Numbered from the stretch's first letter, positions 1 to 9,867 are shown. The stretch: 40,000 nucleotides of DNA from Aggregatibacter sp. HMT-949 (GCF_041734645.1 NZ_CP162010.1:730445-770444), one strand, 5' to 3'. Notes: generated by a model from the sequence alone, not told the origin. Translations and numbers: made by a program.

Positions 1-754
1 CGAAAGTCGGCAGTTGCAATGCGGTGCCCTTAGTGATGCTGTCCAGATATTGACCAATTAACAAACAGAAAGACATCATGGTAATGGTTTCAATAATGGA
101 ACGAGCATTTACTTTACGCTGATAAGCCGGGTGTTCGAAGGCTTCTTGTACGTCGTCTATTTCGTCATTTTCCGGATTTTCACCTTGTTTTTGACGATTT
201 AACAAGAAACGTGCAACCGGACCACCGATGATTCCGCCGAATACCAAACCGAAGGTCGCACATGCCATAGCAATTTCGGTTGCCGCCGGGAGATTGAACT
301 CTTTGATGAACGTTTCTGCCCAAGCCGCACCGGTACCATGGCCACCGGTTAATGTGACGGAACCAGCCAATAAGCCATATGCCGGATCAATTCCTAAGAG
401 TTCCGAACCGGCAATACCGATAACGTTTTGACAGATAATCAAACCCGCCACCACAAAGAGGAAAATGATTAACGGTTTACCGCCCTTAATTAAGCGAGCA
501 AAATTTGCGCTTAAACCGATGGAGGAGAAGAAAACCAACATCATAGTTGTTTGTAAGCTTTTCTCGAAAGTAAACGAGGTGCCGTCTATTTGATGCCAGA
601 CGAAAAGCCCAATAGCGACGATAAAGCCGCCAACCACCGGCTCAGGAATGTTAAAACTTTTTAGTACATTGATGCGTTTGACCAAAAAGTAACCTAATAG
701 CAAAACAAGGCTTGCAAGCGCAAGAGTTTGGTAGGTATCAAATACAATATTCAC
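1..754 (-). CDS. gltS: sodium/glutamate symporter GltS, N-terminal ~251 codons (C-terminus lies outside the window)
   Basis: Reverse translation from GTG at 754..752 gives VNIVFDTYQTLALASLVLLLGYFLVKRINVLKSFNIPEPVVGGF...LTGGHGTGAAW...MACATFGLVFGGIIGGPVARFL, which is collinear with conserved GltS blocks. AGGAGG (rc of 762..767) lies 7 nt upstream. It is missing from the ORF track because it starts with GTG and is open at the window edge. Confidence 0.85.
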   Translation of the reverse strand, partial: MNIVFDTYQTLALASLVLLLGYFLVKRINVLKSFNIPEPVVGGFIVAIGLFVWHQIDGTSFTFEKSLQTTMMLVFFSSIGLSANFARLIKGGKPLIIFLFVVAGLIICQNVIGIAGSELLGIDPAYGLLAGSVTLTGGHGTGAAWAETFIKEFNLPAATEIAMACATFGLVFGGIIGGPVARFLLNRQKQGENPENDEIDDVQEAFEHPAYQRKVNARSIIETITMMSFCLLIGQYLDSITKGTALQLPTF

Positions 755-786
755 GAAATATCCTCCTATATTGGGTTTCGAAAACG

Positions 787-3042
787 TTATGTGTTGTGTT
801 CCGGTTCAACTACCACAATTTCCACATTACTGTGTAAGCCGCGTGGCAGTTGCGAGCCTTTTCTGCCGCGTTCCGCACGGAATTTGTGCAGATCTTCCGG
901 TTTTAATGTGATTTTTCGTTTACCGGAATGAAACTCAAGACTGGCTTGTTCTGAAATCAGTAATAACTTCACTAATAATTCGCTGCGATCTTTCGCATTC
1001 GCGGCGGAAATGCTAACGATTTTATTGCCTTTACCTTTTGATAATACCGGTAAATCCTGCACCGGGAAAATCAACATTCTGCCTACGGATGTCAAGGCAA
1101 CAAGAAGTGCACTTGGCTTCGACAAAATGAGAGGTGCCAACACTTTGGCATTTTCCGGTAAAGAAATCAAGGCTTTTCCTGCTTTGTTACGTGCAATTAA
1201 ATCGTCAAATTTACAAATAAAGCCGTAACCGGCATCCGATGCCATCAACAAAGCTTGTTGTTCGCCTTCCATCATTACATGTTCAATGGTCGCGCCGGCC
1301 GGCAAAGTAAGTCTACCGGTGAGCGGTTCTCCTTGCGATCTGGCAGATGGCAAGGAAAGCGGATCCAGCGCGTAGCTGCGCCCCGTACTGTCGATAAACA
1401 CGGCGGCTTGATTACTCTTGCCGCAAGCGTGCGCGCGGTAATTATCGCCTGCTTTGTAGCTTAATGCTGTCGGATCAATATCGTGGCCTTTCGCGCAACG
1501 CACCCAACCCATTTGCGATAAAATCACGGTGACCGGTTCCGCAGGCGTCATTTCGCTTTCGGAAATGGCTTTGGCTTCTTCTCGTTCGACCAGTTGGGAC
1601 ATACGCGGACTGGCATATTTTTTCGCATCTTCTTGGATTTCTTTTTTAATCAGCGTGTTTAAGCGACGTTCGGAGCCTAAAGTTGTTTCTAAATTCACCC
1701 GCTCTTTTTCCAATTCATCGCGTTCCGCGCGCAGTTGGTGTTCTTCCAATTTCGCTAAATGACGCAGACGTAAATTTAAAATCGCATCGGCTTGTTCGTC
1801 GCTTAAATTAAAACGCGTCATTAATTCTGCTTTCGGGTTATCGTTGTTGCGAATAATTTCAATCACTTCATCGATATTTAAAAAGGCAATCATTAAGCCT
1901 TCTAAAATATGTAAACGCGACAATACTTTATCCAAGCGATATTGCAAACGGCGAGTGACCGTGGCACGACGAAAAACCAGCCATTCAGTGAGAATTTGCA
2001 ACAAACCTTTTACCGCCGGTTTATGATCAAGTCCGATCATATTCATATTCACGCGATAACTTTTTTCCAAATCCGTGGTGGCGAACAGGTGCGCCATTAA
2101 TGCATCGCAATCCACTCGGTTAGAACGCGGTACGATCACGATCCGAATCGGATTCTCGTGATCTGCCTCGTCGCGAATATCTTCCACCATCGGCAATTTT
2201 TTTGCCGTCATTTGTTCGGCGATTTGTGCGATGATTTTGGACGGTGAAGATTGATGCGGCAGCGCGGAAATGATGATTTCACCGTCTTCTTTTTTCCACG
2301 TTGCACGCATTTTAATTGAGCCACGGCCTTGCTCGTAAATTTTACGAATTTCCGCTTTCGGCGAAATAATTTCCGCTTCAGTCGGGAAATCAGGGCCTTG
2401 TACCACCTCGAGTATCTCATCCAGCACCGCATTGGGCTTATCCAATAGCATCACCGCCGCAGCGGCGATTTCATTGATATTGTGTGGCGGAATATCCGTC
2501 GCCATTCCCACCGCAATGCCGGTGGTGCCGTTAAGCAAAATATGCGGTAAACGCGCCGGTAAAGATTGCGGTTCTACTAATGTGCCGTCGAAGTTCGGCT
2601 GATAATCTACGGTGCCTTGCTCAAGTTCGTTAAGTAAGATTTCAGAAATTTTGGATAGGCGCGATTCCGTATAACGCATTGCCGCGAAAGATTTCGGATC
2701 GTCCGGCGCGCCCCAGTTGCCTTGTCCGTCCACGAGCGGATAACGATAAGAAAATGGTTGCGCCATTAACACCATGGCTTCGTAACAAGCACTGTCACCA
2801 TGCGGGTGAAATTTACCGAGCACATCACCGACGGTGCGAGCGGATTTTTTATATTTCGCGGTGGCGTTTAAACCCAGTTCCGACATGGCGTAAATAATGC
2901 GGCGCTGCACCGGTTTTAATCCGTCGCCGATGAAAGGCAGCGCGCGATCCATAATGACGTACATGGAGTAGTTAAGGTAGGCGCTTTCGGTGAACGTGCG
3001 CAGGGGCATTTGTTCGATGCCTTCGTAGCTGATATTAGTCAT
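787..3042 (-). CDS. parC: DNA topoisomerase IV subunit A
   Basis: 751-aa ORF with the GyrA/ParC N-terminal blocks [24 protein letters not shown] and AAMRYTE. The QRDR Ser and Glu appear wild type. The ~750 aa length and a parE gene nearby favour ParC over GyrA. Confidence 0.96.
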   Translation of the reverse strand: MTNISYEGIEQMPLRTFTESAYLNYSMYVIMDRALPFIGDGLKPVQRRIIYAMSELGLNATAKYKKSARTVGDVLGKFHPHGDSACYEAMVLMAQPFSYRYPLVDGQGNWGAPDDPKSFAAMRYTESRLSKISEILLNELEQGTVDYQPNFDGTLVEPQSLPARLPHILLNGTTGIAVGMATDIPPHNINEIAAAAVMLLDKPNAVLDEILEVVQGPDFPTEAEIISPKAEIRKIYEQGRGSIKMRATWKKEDGEIIISALPHQSSPSKIIAQIAEQMTAKKLPMVEDIRDEADHENPIRIVIVPRSNRVDCDALMAHLFATTDLEKSYRVNMNMIGLDHKPAVKGLLQILTEWLVFRRATVTRRLQYRLDKVLSRLHILEGLMIAFLNIDEVIEIIRNNDNPKAELMTRFNLSDEQADAILNLRLRHLAKLEEHQLRAERDELEKERVNLETTLGSERRLNTLIKKEIQEDAKKYASPRMSQLVEREEAKAISESEMTPAEPVTVILSQMGWVRCAKGHDIDPTALSYKAGDNYRAHACGKSNQAAVFIDSTGRSYALDPLSLPSARSQGEPLTGRLTLPAGATIEHVMMEGEQQALLMASDAGYGFICKFDDLIARNKAGKALISLPENAKVLAPLILSKPSALLVALTSVGRMLIFPVQDLPVLSKGKGNKIVSISAANAKDRSELLVKLLLISEQASLEFHSGKRKITLKPEDLHKFRAERGRKGSQLPRGLHSNVEIVVVEPEHNT

Positions 3043-3108
3043 TTTTATTTTCTTAATTTGATTGAAATTTTTTTCTTCGAAAATTTTGACGAAGTGAACG
3101 CATTATTT

Positions 3109-3153
3109 AGCACCGCATTGGAGCCTTATTTGGCGCGGCTTCAATGCGGTGCT
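3109..3153. repeat. Inverted pair of the CAATGCGGTGCT motif forming a 17-bp-stem hairpin (1 G-T position, 11-nt loop) between nirK and parC
   Basis: agcaccgcattggagcc (3109..3125) pairs with ggcttcaatgcggtgct (3137..3153). There is no U-tract on either side, so it is not a canonical intrinsic terminator. Confidence 0.85.
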
Positions 3154-3251
3154 GAATTGAGATTTCAAATAACGGCAAGTTACTTGTGACACTTTTATAC
3201 GCGTAAAAGAAAATAACCCGTCGTTGGTGAAATACGATGTTAAATTAAACG

Positions 3252-4457
3252 TTACTTTTTATTTGTCGCTCCGGAAGCGCCATCCATACTATGCTCACCG
3301 CCGCCCATCATCATGCTGCCGTGGCCTTCAATTTCATACGGAACGGGTTGCGGTTTTTGGGGATTGGCTTCTTTGAACGGCATATCGCTTAATTTACCTG
3401 AGTAAATTTCCGGATTGGCTTCGCCGCTGACGATAAGTTGTCCCATAGTGCCTTTGCTGGCGGCACGAAAGATAGAATGATCCATCAATACATAGGTGCC
3501 GGGGACGTTGATTTGGGTTTCGCCGATAAATACGCCGCCGGACGGGATCAACGTGGTTTGTACGTTGTGATTAATCAGCGTGCCGCCTTCAACATATAAA
3601 TTGTGGAAGATCGAGCCAATAATATGGAATGATGAGGCTAAATTCGGGCCGGCGTTGCCAACGAAGAAACGTAATTTTTCACCGGTTTTGGCGCGTAGTG
3701 CGTTTTTATCCATTAACGCGCCGACCTTGCCGTTAAATAACACGTAGTCAGGACGTTCAGCGAGTGCTTTTTGCATGCTGAAAGGTTGTAATCCGGGGGC
3801 ACCGAAATCCCCGCGAGTATAGAATTCGCTTTGCATGATGTAATATTCGCGATCCGCTTTTGGCAAGCCTTCTTTTGGTTCTACCAAAATTAAGCCGTAC
3901 ATGCCTTTGGCTAAATGCACGGCGACCGGTTGACTGCCGCAATGGTATAAATAAAGTCCCGCATGTATCGCTTTAAATTGAAATGTGGAAGTGCGCGTTG
4001 GCGCTGTGGCGCTGGCTTCGGCACCGCCCATGGGGGCAGAGGCTGCGTGAAAATCAAGGCTGTGTTCCATCATGGAAGCGGCAGAATTAGAAAGTTGCAC
4101 TTCCACAATATCGCCTTCACGCACGCGAATAAAGGGAGCAGGCACGCCGCCGTTAAGCGTCCAGAATTTAAATTGTACGCCGTCCATTAACTCAGCGATT
4201 TGCTCCGATGCGGTCAATTTTACAATTACTTTGGCCGGATAATTGCGTTCGATGGGCTTCGGTACATTGGGGGCGGAAGTAAGTTCCGCTTCAATTTCCG
4301 GTAAAACGTTTGAAAGATTCCCCGCACTTTTACCATTGTTGGGGCTTTCATGATTTTGTGCTTGTGCGTTAGGGATCATCGCGAATCCGGCGCCCAAAGT
4401 AATGGAAACCAGACTTAATGCGCTGTTTTTAAAAAAATCACGTCGTTGTTCGTTCAT
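3252..4457 (-). CDS. nirK: copper-containing nitrite reductase (NirK/AniA type), Tat-exported
   Basis: All NirK copper ligand motifs are present. H-S-L-D-F-H carries the T1 His, catalytic Asp and T2 His. YHCGSQPVAVHLAKGM carries the T2 His, T1 Cys, T1 His at +8 and Met at +5. SFHIIG and LMDHSIFRA are also present. It is collinear with Neisseria AniA as I remember it (LYxYHC, GMYGLILVEPKEGLPK, VDHSIFRA). I chose the start at MNEQRRDFFKNS (twin-arginine motif, AQA-Q cleavage-like site) with GGAGG 6 nt upstream. The track start at 4475 adds 6 unlikely codons. Confidence 0.9.
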   Translation of the reverse strand: MNEQRRDFFKNSALSLVSITLGAGFAMIPNAQAQNHESPNNGKSAGNLSNVLPEIEAELTSAPNVPKPIERNYPAKVIVKLTASEQIAELMDGVQFKFWTLNGGVPAPFIRVREGDIVEVQLSNSAASMMEHSLDFHAASAPMGGAEASATAPTRTSTFQFKAIHAGLYLYHCGSQPVAVHLAKGMYGLILVEPKEGLPKADREYYIMQSEFYTRGDFGAPGLQPFSMQKALAERPDYVLFNGKVGALMDKNALRAKTGEKLRFFVGNAGPNLASSFHIIGSIFHNLYVEGGTLINHNVQTTLIPSGGVFIGETQINVPGTYVLMDHSIFRAASKGTMGQLIVSGEANPEIYSGKLSDMPFKEANPQKPQPVPYEIEGHGSMMMGGGEHSMDGASGATNKK

Positions 4458-4458
4458 G

Positions 4459-6357
4459 CTATACCTCCAAATCAACTTGATCTCCTTTGGCTTGCAGCCA
4501 ACTTTTCCGATCTTCCGAGCGTTTTTTAGCCAGCAGCATATCCATTATTTCCAAGGTTTCCGCACCTTCTTCATCATTTGCTTGATAAGTCAATTGCACC
4601 AAACGGCGGGTATTGGGATCCATCGTAGTTTCGCGTAATTGAGACGGATTCATTTCGCCCAATCCTTTAAAGCGCTGCACGTTTGGTTTACCTTTTTTGT
4701 TTTGTAAGCGATCTAAAATTGCCTCTTTTTCGCTTTCGTCTAATGCGTAAAATACTTCTTTATTTAAGTCGATGCGGTACAGCGGCGGCATAGCCACATA
4801 AACATGGCCGTCTTGCACCAATTTTGGAAAATGGCGTAAGAATAGTGCGCAGAGTAGGGTGGCGATGTGTAAACCATCGGAGTCTGCATCGGCGAGAATG
4901 CAAACTTTGCCATAGCGCAGTTGGGATAAATCGTCACTGTCGGGATCAATGCCCAGCGCCACTGCGATATCATGAATTTCGCTCGAGCCTAAAACTTGTT
5001 CGGGCGACACTTCCCAAGTGTTTAAAATTTTTCCGCGTAACGGCAAAATAGCCTGATATTCGCGGTCGCGGGCTTGTTTCGCCGAACCACCGGCGGAATC
5101 GCCTTCCACTAAGAACAATTCAGTTTTTTCTAAATCTTGCGAGCCACAATCGGCAAGTTTGCCCGGAAGCGCCGGGCCGCTAACCAATTTTTTACGTACC
5201 ACTTTTTTTGCCGCGCGTAAGCGACGTTGTGCCGAACTAATTGCCATTTCGGCGAGTTTTTCGGCGTCTTGCACGTTTTGATTCAGCCATAAACTGAAGG
5301 CATCTTTTAACACGCCGCCGACAAACACCGCACTTTGACGCGAAGAGAGGCGTTCTTTGGTTTGGCCGGCGAATTGTGCATCTTGCATTTTTAAGGAAAG
5401 AATGTAACCACAGCGCTCCCAAATATCGTCTGCGGTTAGCTTGACGCCGCGCGGTAATAGATTTCGAAATTCGCAAAATTCGCGAATAGCGTCCAATAGG
5501 CCTTGGCGTAAGCCGTTAACGTGCGTCCCGCCTTGAATAGTCGGGATTAAATTCACGTAGCTTTCGCCAATTAATTCGCCACCTTCCGGTAACCATAACA
5601 ACGCCCAACTAACCGCTTCATTTGAGCCTTTAAATTCGCCCACGAATGGTTTTGCCGGTAATGTTTCGTAACCGTTTACTGCTTCAATAAGATAATCGGA
5701 AAGACCGTCTTGATATAGCCAGACATCTTGCTTGCCATTCACTTTATCAATGAATTTGATTTCGAGACCCGAACAGAGCACCGCTTTGGCACGCAATAAA
5801 TGGCGCAAACGGCTGACGGAAAATTTGGCACTATCGAAATATTTCGGATTCGGTTTAAAGTGAACTGTTGTACCCGTGGTGCGTCTGCCACAAGTGCCGA
5901 CCACTTCCAATTCTTTCACTTTAACGCCGTTTTCAAAGGCAATTTGGTACACTTCGCCGTTGCGTTTTACTTGAATATCCACGCGTTCGGAAAGTGCGTT
6001 CACCACAGAAATTCCGACGCCGTGCAAACCGCCGGCAAATTCATAGTTTTTATTGGAGAATTTTCCGCCCGCGTGCAGTTTGGTGAGAATCACCTCCACG
6101 CCGGATACGCCTTCTGTCGGGTGAATATCCACCGGCATACCGCGGCCGTTATCGGTTACTTCAATAGATTGGTCGGTGTGCAAAATCACTTCAATTTTGC
6201 TTGCGAAGCCGGCAAGTGCTTCGTCCACACTATTATCAATCACTTCTTGTGCGAGGTGATTCGGACGGGTGGTGTCGGTGTACATACCGGGACGAATTTG
6301 CACCGGTTCGAGATCTTTAAGAACAGTAATTTCTTGAGCAGAATAATTGGATGTCAT
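4459..6357 (-). CDS. parE: DNA topoisomerase IV subunit B
   Basis: GHKL ATPase boxes (EVIDNSVDEALAG, DNGRGMP, GGLHGVG) and Toprim motifs (EGDSAGGSAKQ, PLRGKILN, DADSDGLHI). At ~632 aa it lacks the GyrB insertion. I chose the start at MTSNYSAQEI (6357); the track start at 6405 adds 16 codons. Confidence 0.96.
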   Translation of the reverse strand: MTSNYSAQEITVLKDLEPVQIRPGMYTDTTRPNHLAQEVIDNSVDEALAGFASKIEVILHTDQSIEVTDNGRGMPVDIHPTEGVSGVEVILTKLHAGGKFSNKNYEFAGGLHGVGISVVNALSERVDIQVKRNGEVYQIAFENGVKVKELEVVGTCGRRTTGTTVHFKPNPKYFDSAKFSVSRLRHLLRAKAVLCSGLEIKFIDKVNGKQDVWLYQDGLSDYLIEAVNGYETLPAKPFVGEFKGSNEAVSWALLWLPEGGELIGESYVNLIPTIQGGTHVNGLRQGLLDAIREFCEFRNLLPRGVKLTADDIWERCGYILSLKMQDAQFAGQTKERLSSRQSAVFVGGVLKDAFSLWLNQNVQDAEKLAEMAISSAQRRLRAAKKVVRKKLVSGPALPGKLADCGSQDLEKTELFLVEGDSAGGSAKQARDREYQAILPLRGKILNTWEVSPEQVLGSSEIHDIAVALGIDPDSDDLSQLRYGKVCILADADSDGLHIATLLCALFLRHFPKLVQDGHVYVAMPPLYRIDLNKEVFYALDESEKEAILDRLQNKKGKPNVQRFKGLGEMNPSQLRETTMDPNTRRLVQLTYQANDEEGAETLEIMDMLLAKKRSEDRKSWLQAKGDQVDLEV

Positions 6358-6403
6358 TGGTTTTTTGAATAGTTTATTTGGCAAAATTGCGAAGGATTCT
6401 ATC

Positions 6404-6436
6404 AAAAGGTGCGATCATTTTCGACCGCACTTTTTT
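6404..6436 (-). terminator. Hairpin terminator downstream of htrB, built on a Hin-type USS (accgcactt, 6424..6432) plus an imperfect inverted partner
   Basis: gtgcgatc (6409..6416) pairs with gaccgcac (6423..6430) with one mismatch. An A-run sits on one side and a T-run on the other, so it looks bidirectional. Confidence 0.6.
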
Positions 6437-6453
6437 ATCTAAGGATGGAAACG

Positions 6454-7389
6454 TTAATCGTATAAGCTCGGATCGTTTTCATTTGGACGAGTTTTAAAAC
6501 GGCGGTGCAACCACATATATTGCGTTATGCCTTTCATAATTTCCTTTTCCACCAGTTGATTCATGCGTGCCGCGACCGCGCTTTCGTTTTCCGAATCGGT
6601 GAAATCTACCGGAGCGGAAATGCTCACTGTATAGCCGGAGCCGTCCGCATTGCGTAAAGGTACGAAAGGAATCACTTTGCTATTCGGCGAGGCTTTTAAT
6701 AAATAATAGCTCCCTGTTGTGGTGGCCGCATTTTTTACGGCGAAGAACGGTACGAACACCGCATTGCGACGGCCGTAATCATGGTCCGGCGCATACCAAA
6801 TGGTTTCGCCACGGCGCAAAGCTTTAATCATACCGCGTAAATCTTTGCGATCTAACATGTCTTTATTGGAACGCAAGCGTCCTTGAGTTTGCAGCCAGTC
6901 AAAGAGCGGATTGTCGTTTGGGCGGTAAACACCGACGCCAGGATGATATAAACCCACGATGCGGGCGCCCAACTCAAGTGTAAGAAAATGTATGCCAACG
7001 AAAATAATGCCGTTTTGTTGATTTTCTTGCAGGTAGCGCAAACCTTCCACTTTTGACCATTTCTTAATGCGCGCGTCCGACCAAAACCAAGCCATACCGG
7101 TTTCGATAATCGCCATGCCGACGGCACGCAAATTTTCTTGTAAAACCGCTTCGCGTTCGCTTTCGGGCATATCGGGAAAACACAGTTCAAGGTTACGGCG
7201 GGCAATCGCAGCACGCCGTTTGCCCACGTTTAAATGGCAAAAAAGTGCACCTAAGCCGTTGCCGATACGGCGTAGAATCGGATAGGGCAGGAACAGGAGG
7301 GCACGCCAGATGCCGATGCCGAGCCAGAATCCCCAATATTTGGGGGCAAGAAAAGCGGGGTGGAACCTAGGTAGTTTGCTATTTTTCAT
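6454..7389 (-). CDS. lpxL: lipid A biosynthesis late (lauroyl/myristoyl) acyltransferase, HtrB/LpxL family
   Basis: 311-312 aa. The N-terminus [23 protein letters not shown] and the blocks [30 protein letters not shown] and WYAPDHDYG are typical of LpxL/HtrB and very similar to H. influenzae HtrB as I recall it. Two adjacent ATGs exist (7392, 7389). Confidence 0.92.
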   Translation of the reverse strand: MKNSKLPRFHPAFLAPKYWGFWLGIGIWRALLFLPYPILRRIGNGLGALFCHLNVGKRRAAIARRNLELCFPDMPESEREAVLQENLRAVGMAIIETGMAWFWSDARIKKWSKVEGLRYLQENQQNGIIFVGIHFLTLELGARIVGLYHPGVGVYRPNDNPLFDWLQTQGRLRSNKDMLDRKDLRGMIKALRRGETIWYAPDHDYGRRNAVFVPFFAVKNAATTTGSYYLLKASPNSKVIPFVPLRNADGSGYTVSISAPVDFTDSENESAVAARMNQLVEKEIMKGITQYMWLHRRFKTRPNENDPSLYD

Positions 7390-7483
7390 CATATTCTCGC
7401 TAAAATTGCGCGCTAGTTTAACGCAAAAATCAGTTGTGGTAAAATCGCGCCGATTTTTTTACCAGTGTTTAAGAGAGAATAAA

Positions 7484-8920
7484 ATGGCTCAATATTTAAC
7501 CGAATTTAACCGAGCAAAGGTGCTCGTATTAGGTGATGTAATGCTTGATCGTTACTGGTTTGGCGCAACCAATCGCATTTCGCCGGAAGCGCCGGTGCCG
7601 GTAGTGCGCGTACAGGAAAACGAAGAGCGCGCGGGCGGTGCGGCGAATGTGGCGATGAATATTGCATCGCTCAACGTACCGGTACAACTTATGGGCTTAA
7701 TTGGGCAAGATGAAACCGGCGCGGCGCTTTCCAAATTATTACAAAACCAGCATATCGACTGTAATTTTGTGGCGTTGGACACGCATCCGACAATTACTAA
7801 ATTACGTATTTTATCGCGTCATCAACAATTGCTTCGTCTTGATTTTGAAGAAGATTTCCAAAACACCGAGTGTAACGATTTACTTGCGAAATTAGAAAAT
7901 GAGGTGAAAAACTACGGCGCGTTGATTCTTTCCGATTACGGCAAAGGCACGTTAAAAGATGTGCAACAAATGATTCAAATTGCGCGTAAAGCCAATGTGC
8001 CGGTGTTAATTGATCCGAAAGGTACGAATTTTGAGCGCTATCGCGGCGCCACATTGCTTACCCCGAATATGGCCGAATTTGAAGCGGTGGTGGGTAAATG
8101 TAACTCGGAACAAGAAATTATTGAGAAAGGGTTGAAACTCATTGCCGATATCGATTTGACTGCACTTTTAGTCACCCGCTCTGAAAAGGGAATGACCTTA
8201 CTGCGTCCGAATCAAGAACCTTATCATTTGCCAACGGTGGCGAAAGAAGTGTTTGATGTGACCGGTGCCGGTGATACGGTGATCAGCGTTTTGGGCACCG
8301 CATTGGCGGACGGCCGTTCCTTTGAGGAATCTTGCTATTTGGCAAACGTGGCAGCCGGCATTGTGGTGGGCAAACTCGGCACCTCCACGGTTTCCACCGT
8401 GGAACTTGAAAACGCGATCCACGCCCGTCCGGAAACCGGTTTCGGCATTATGACTGAAGCCCAACTGAAAGAGGCCGTGGCGCAGGCCAAAGCGCGCGGT
8501 GAAAAAATCGTGATGACTAACGGCTGCTTTGATATTCTTCATCCGGGTCACGTGTCTTATTTAGAAAATGCCCGCAAATTGGGCGATCGTTTAATCGTCG
8601 CGGTCAACAGCGATGAATCGGTAAAACGTTTAAAAGGCGAAAGTCGTCCGATTAATAATTTGGACGCCCGCATGGCAGTGCTTGCCGGATTGGCTTCCGT
8701 GGATTGGTTGGTGCCATTTACTGAAGATACGCCGCAACGTTTAATTGGCGAAGTGTTGCCGGATCTACTTGTCAAAGGTGGCGACTACAAACCGGAAGAA
8801 ATTGCCGGAGCCAAAGAAGTGTGGGCGAACGGCGGCGATGTGAAAGTACTTAATTTTGAAAACGGCTGTTCGACGACCAATGTGATTGAAAAAATTAAAT
8901 CGTTGAAAGACGAAAAATAG
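7484..8920 (+). CDS. hldE: bifunctional D-beta-D-heptose 7-phosphate kinase / D-beta-D-heptose 1-phosphate adenylyltransferase
   Basis: N-terminal ribokinase-like domain ([22 protein letters not shown]) plus C-terminal cytidylyltransferase domain ([16 protein letters not shown]). The true start is MAQYLTEF at 7484. The track ORF from 7310 overlaps htrB and is an artefactual extension. Confidence 0.95.
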   Translation: MAQYLTEFNRAKVLVLGDVMLDRYWFGATNRISPEAPVPVVRVQENEERAGGAANVAMNIASLNVPVQLMGLIGQDETGAALSKLLQNQHIDCNFVALDTHPTITKLRILSRHQQLLRLDFEEDFQNTECNDLLAKLENEVKNYGALILSDYGKGTLKDVQQMIQIARKANVPVLIDPKGTNFERYRGATLLTPNMAEFEAVVGKCNSEQEIIEKGLKLIADIDLTALLVTRSEKGMTLLRPNQEPYHLPTVAKEVFDVTGAGDTVISVLGTALADGRSFEESCYLANVAAGIVVGKLGTSTVSTVELENAIHARPETGFGIMTEAQLKEAVAQAKARGEKIVMTNGCFDILHPGHVSYLENARKLGDRLIVAVNSDESVKRLKGESRPINNLDARMAVLAGLASVDWLVPFTEDTPQRLIGEVLPDLLVKGGDYKPEEIAGAKEVWANGGDVKVLNFENGCSTTNVIEKIKSLKDEK

Positions 8921-8952
8921 TCGGAAATTTTTAAAATCGGCTCCTTTAATTT

Positions 8953-8991
8953 AAGAACCGAGCGCTTATTAAATAGCGCTCGGTTCTTTTT
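8953..8991 (+). terminator. Rho-independent terminator after hldE (usable from both directions)
   Basis: Perfect 12-14 bp stem, aagaaccgagcgct / agcgctcggttctt, with an 8-nt loop followed by a T-run. Confidence 0.85.
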
Positions 8992-9038
8992 GTTTATGCG
9001 ATGGATGCCGAACTGAATTGAGCCGCAGTTCAAGGTTT

Positions 9039-9050
9039 CAATGCGGTGCT
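9039..9050 (+). repeat. Single intergenic copy of the CAATGCGGTGCT motif
   Basis: Exact 12-mer. CTGAATTGAG-like boxes lie at 9013..9022 and 9071..9081, and the same box follows the motif at 3152..3161. Confidence 0.9.
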
Positions 9051-9101
9051 ATTTCGGAAGGTGAGTGCATCTGAATTTGAGCAACTTGACGTTAGGCGCT
9101 G

Positions 9102-9764
9102 TTATTTTACCCAAGTCACGATTTCATCCATCGTTTTGCGCGATTTTTTCGTAATGTCGCGGGCCCGATAACCAAATGTGGCAGCGACGGAAACGCCATA
9201 TTCTTGCGGATCGAACAAGCCTTCCGCAGCAAGGGTTTGATTCATCAAATCATAATGAAAACCTTCAATTGGGCAGGAATCAATGCCCATCGCCGCCGCA
9301 CCGGTGAGCATATTGGCCAGTGCGATATAGGTTTGTTTGCTGCACCAATCGAACAACGTGCGCTCGCTTTCCAACAATTTCATATCGTTTTTTTGCAAAG
9401 TTTCGTATTTGGCCAGTGCGAGTTTTTGTTGTTCTTCATCTAAGCCTTTGCGTGTCATCACCTCGGTGAAAAACGGACTGTCGTAACGGGCGTTTTTCTT
9501 AGCAAGTAAAATGACGAGATGGCTACAATCATCTAACTGGTTTTTCATGCCCCAGCTAAAAGGCTTAATTTTTTCGCGTAAGGCTTTGTTTTGAATTACC
9601 AATAATTTCCACGGTTCGGAACCCACGGAGCTCGGTGAAAGGCGCGCGCATTCCAAAATAGCGTTAAAGTCTTCCTCACCGATTTTTTTGTTCGGATCGT
9701 AATAGCGGGTGGAACTGCGTTGATTCAATAATTCAACGACTTGCTGAGCGTTAAGTTTTACCAT
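9102..9764 (-). CDS. oxygen-insensitive NAD(P)H nitroreductase family protein (NfsB/NfnB-like)
   Basis: 220 aa with the motifs RSSTRYYD, SPSSVGSEPWK and GIDSCPIEGF, typical of the FMN nitroreductase fold. Confidence 0.85.
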   Translation of the reverse strand: MVKLNAQQVVELLNQRSSTRYYDPNKKIGEEDFNAILECARLSPSSVGSEPWKLLVIQNKALREKIKPFSWGMKNQLDDCSHLVILLAKKNARYDSPFFTEVMTRKGLDEEQQKLALAKYETLQKNDMKLLESERTLFDWCSKQTYIALANMLTGAAAMGIDSCPIEGFHYDLMNQTLAAEGLFDPQEYGVSVAATFGYRARDITKKSRKTMDEIVTWVK

Positions 9765-9867
9765 GATTTTTCCTCTTTAATAAAAATACCGGAAAGGTTA
9801 GTTTTGCACTTTCGTTTTTTTCGCGCGCGAAGACGGTGAGTTTAGAATGAAAATGAAGTGTCAAATT

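Noticed and set aside
3189-3206. Weak AT-rich hairpin cttttatacgcgtaaaag just downstream of nirK as its terminator
   Set aside because: It forms only about 6 A-T/T-A pairs around a TACGCGTA centre with no U-tract, so its predicted stability is too low to call.
4458-4475. Six extra N-terminal codons (MIWRYS) of the nirK ORF, and similarly 16 extra codons of parE (6358..6405)
   Set aside because: The internal ATGs give canonical N-termini: a Tat signal MNEQRRDFFK preceded by GGAGG, and ParE MTSNYSAQEITVLKDLEPV. The longer versions would overlap upstream coding or terminator sequence.
5800-6372. 190-aa plus-strand ORF antisense to parE
   Set aside because: It is a shadow ORF inside a strongly supported gene, with a His/Phe/Cys-rich nonsense-like composition and no RBS.
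7310-7483. N-terminal 58-codon extension of the hldE ORF in the track
   Set aside because: It overlaps the htrB start on the opposite strand and is low-complexity. The conserved HldE N-terminus ([25 protein letters not shown]) begins at 7484.
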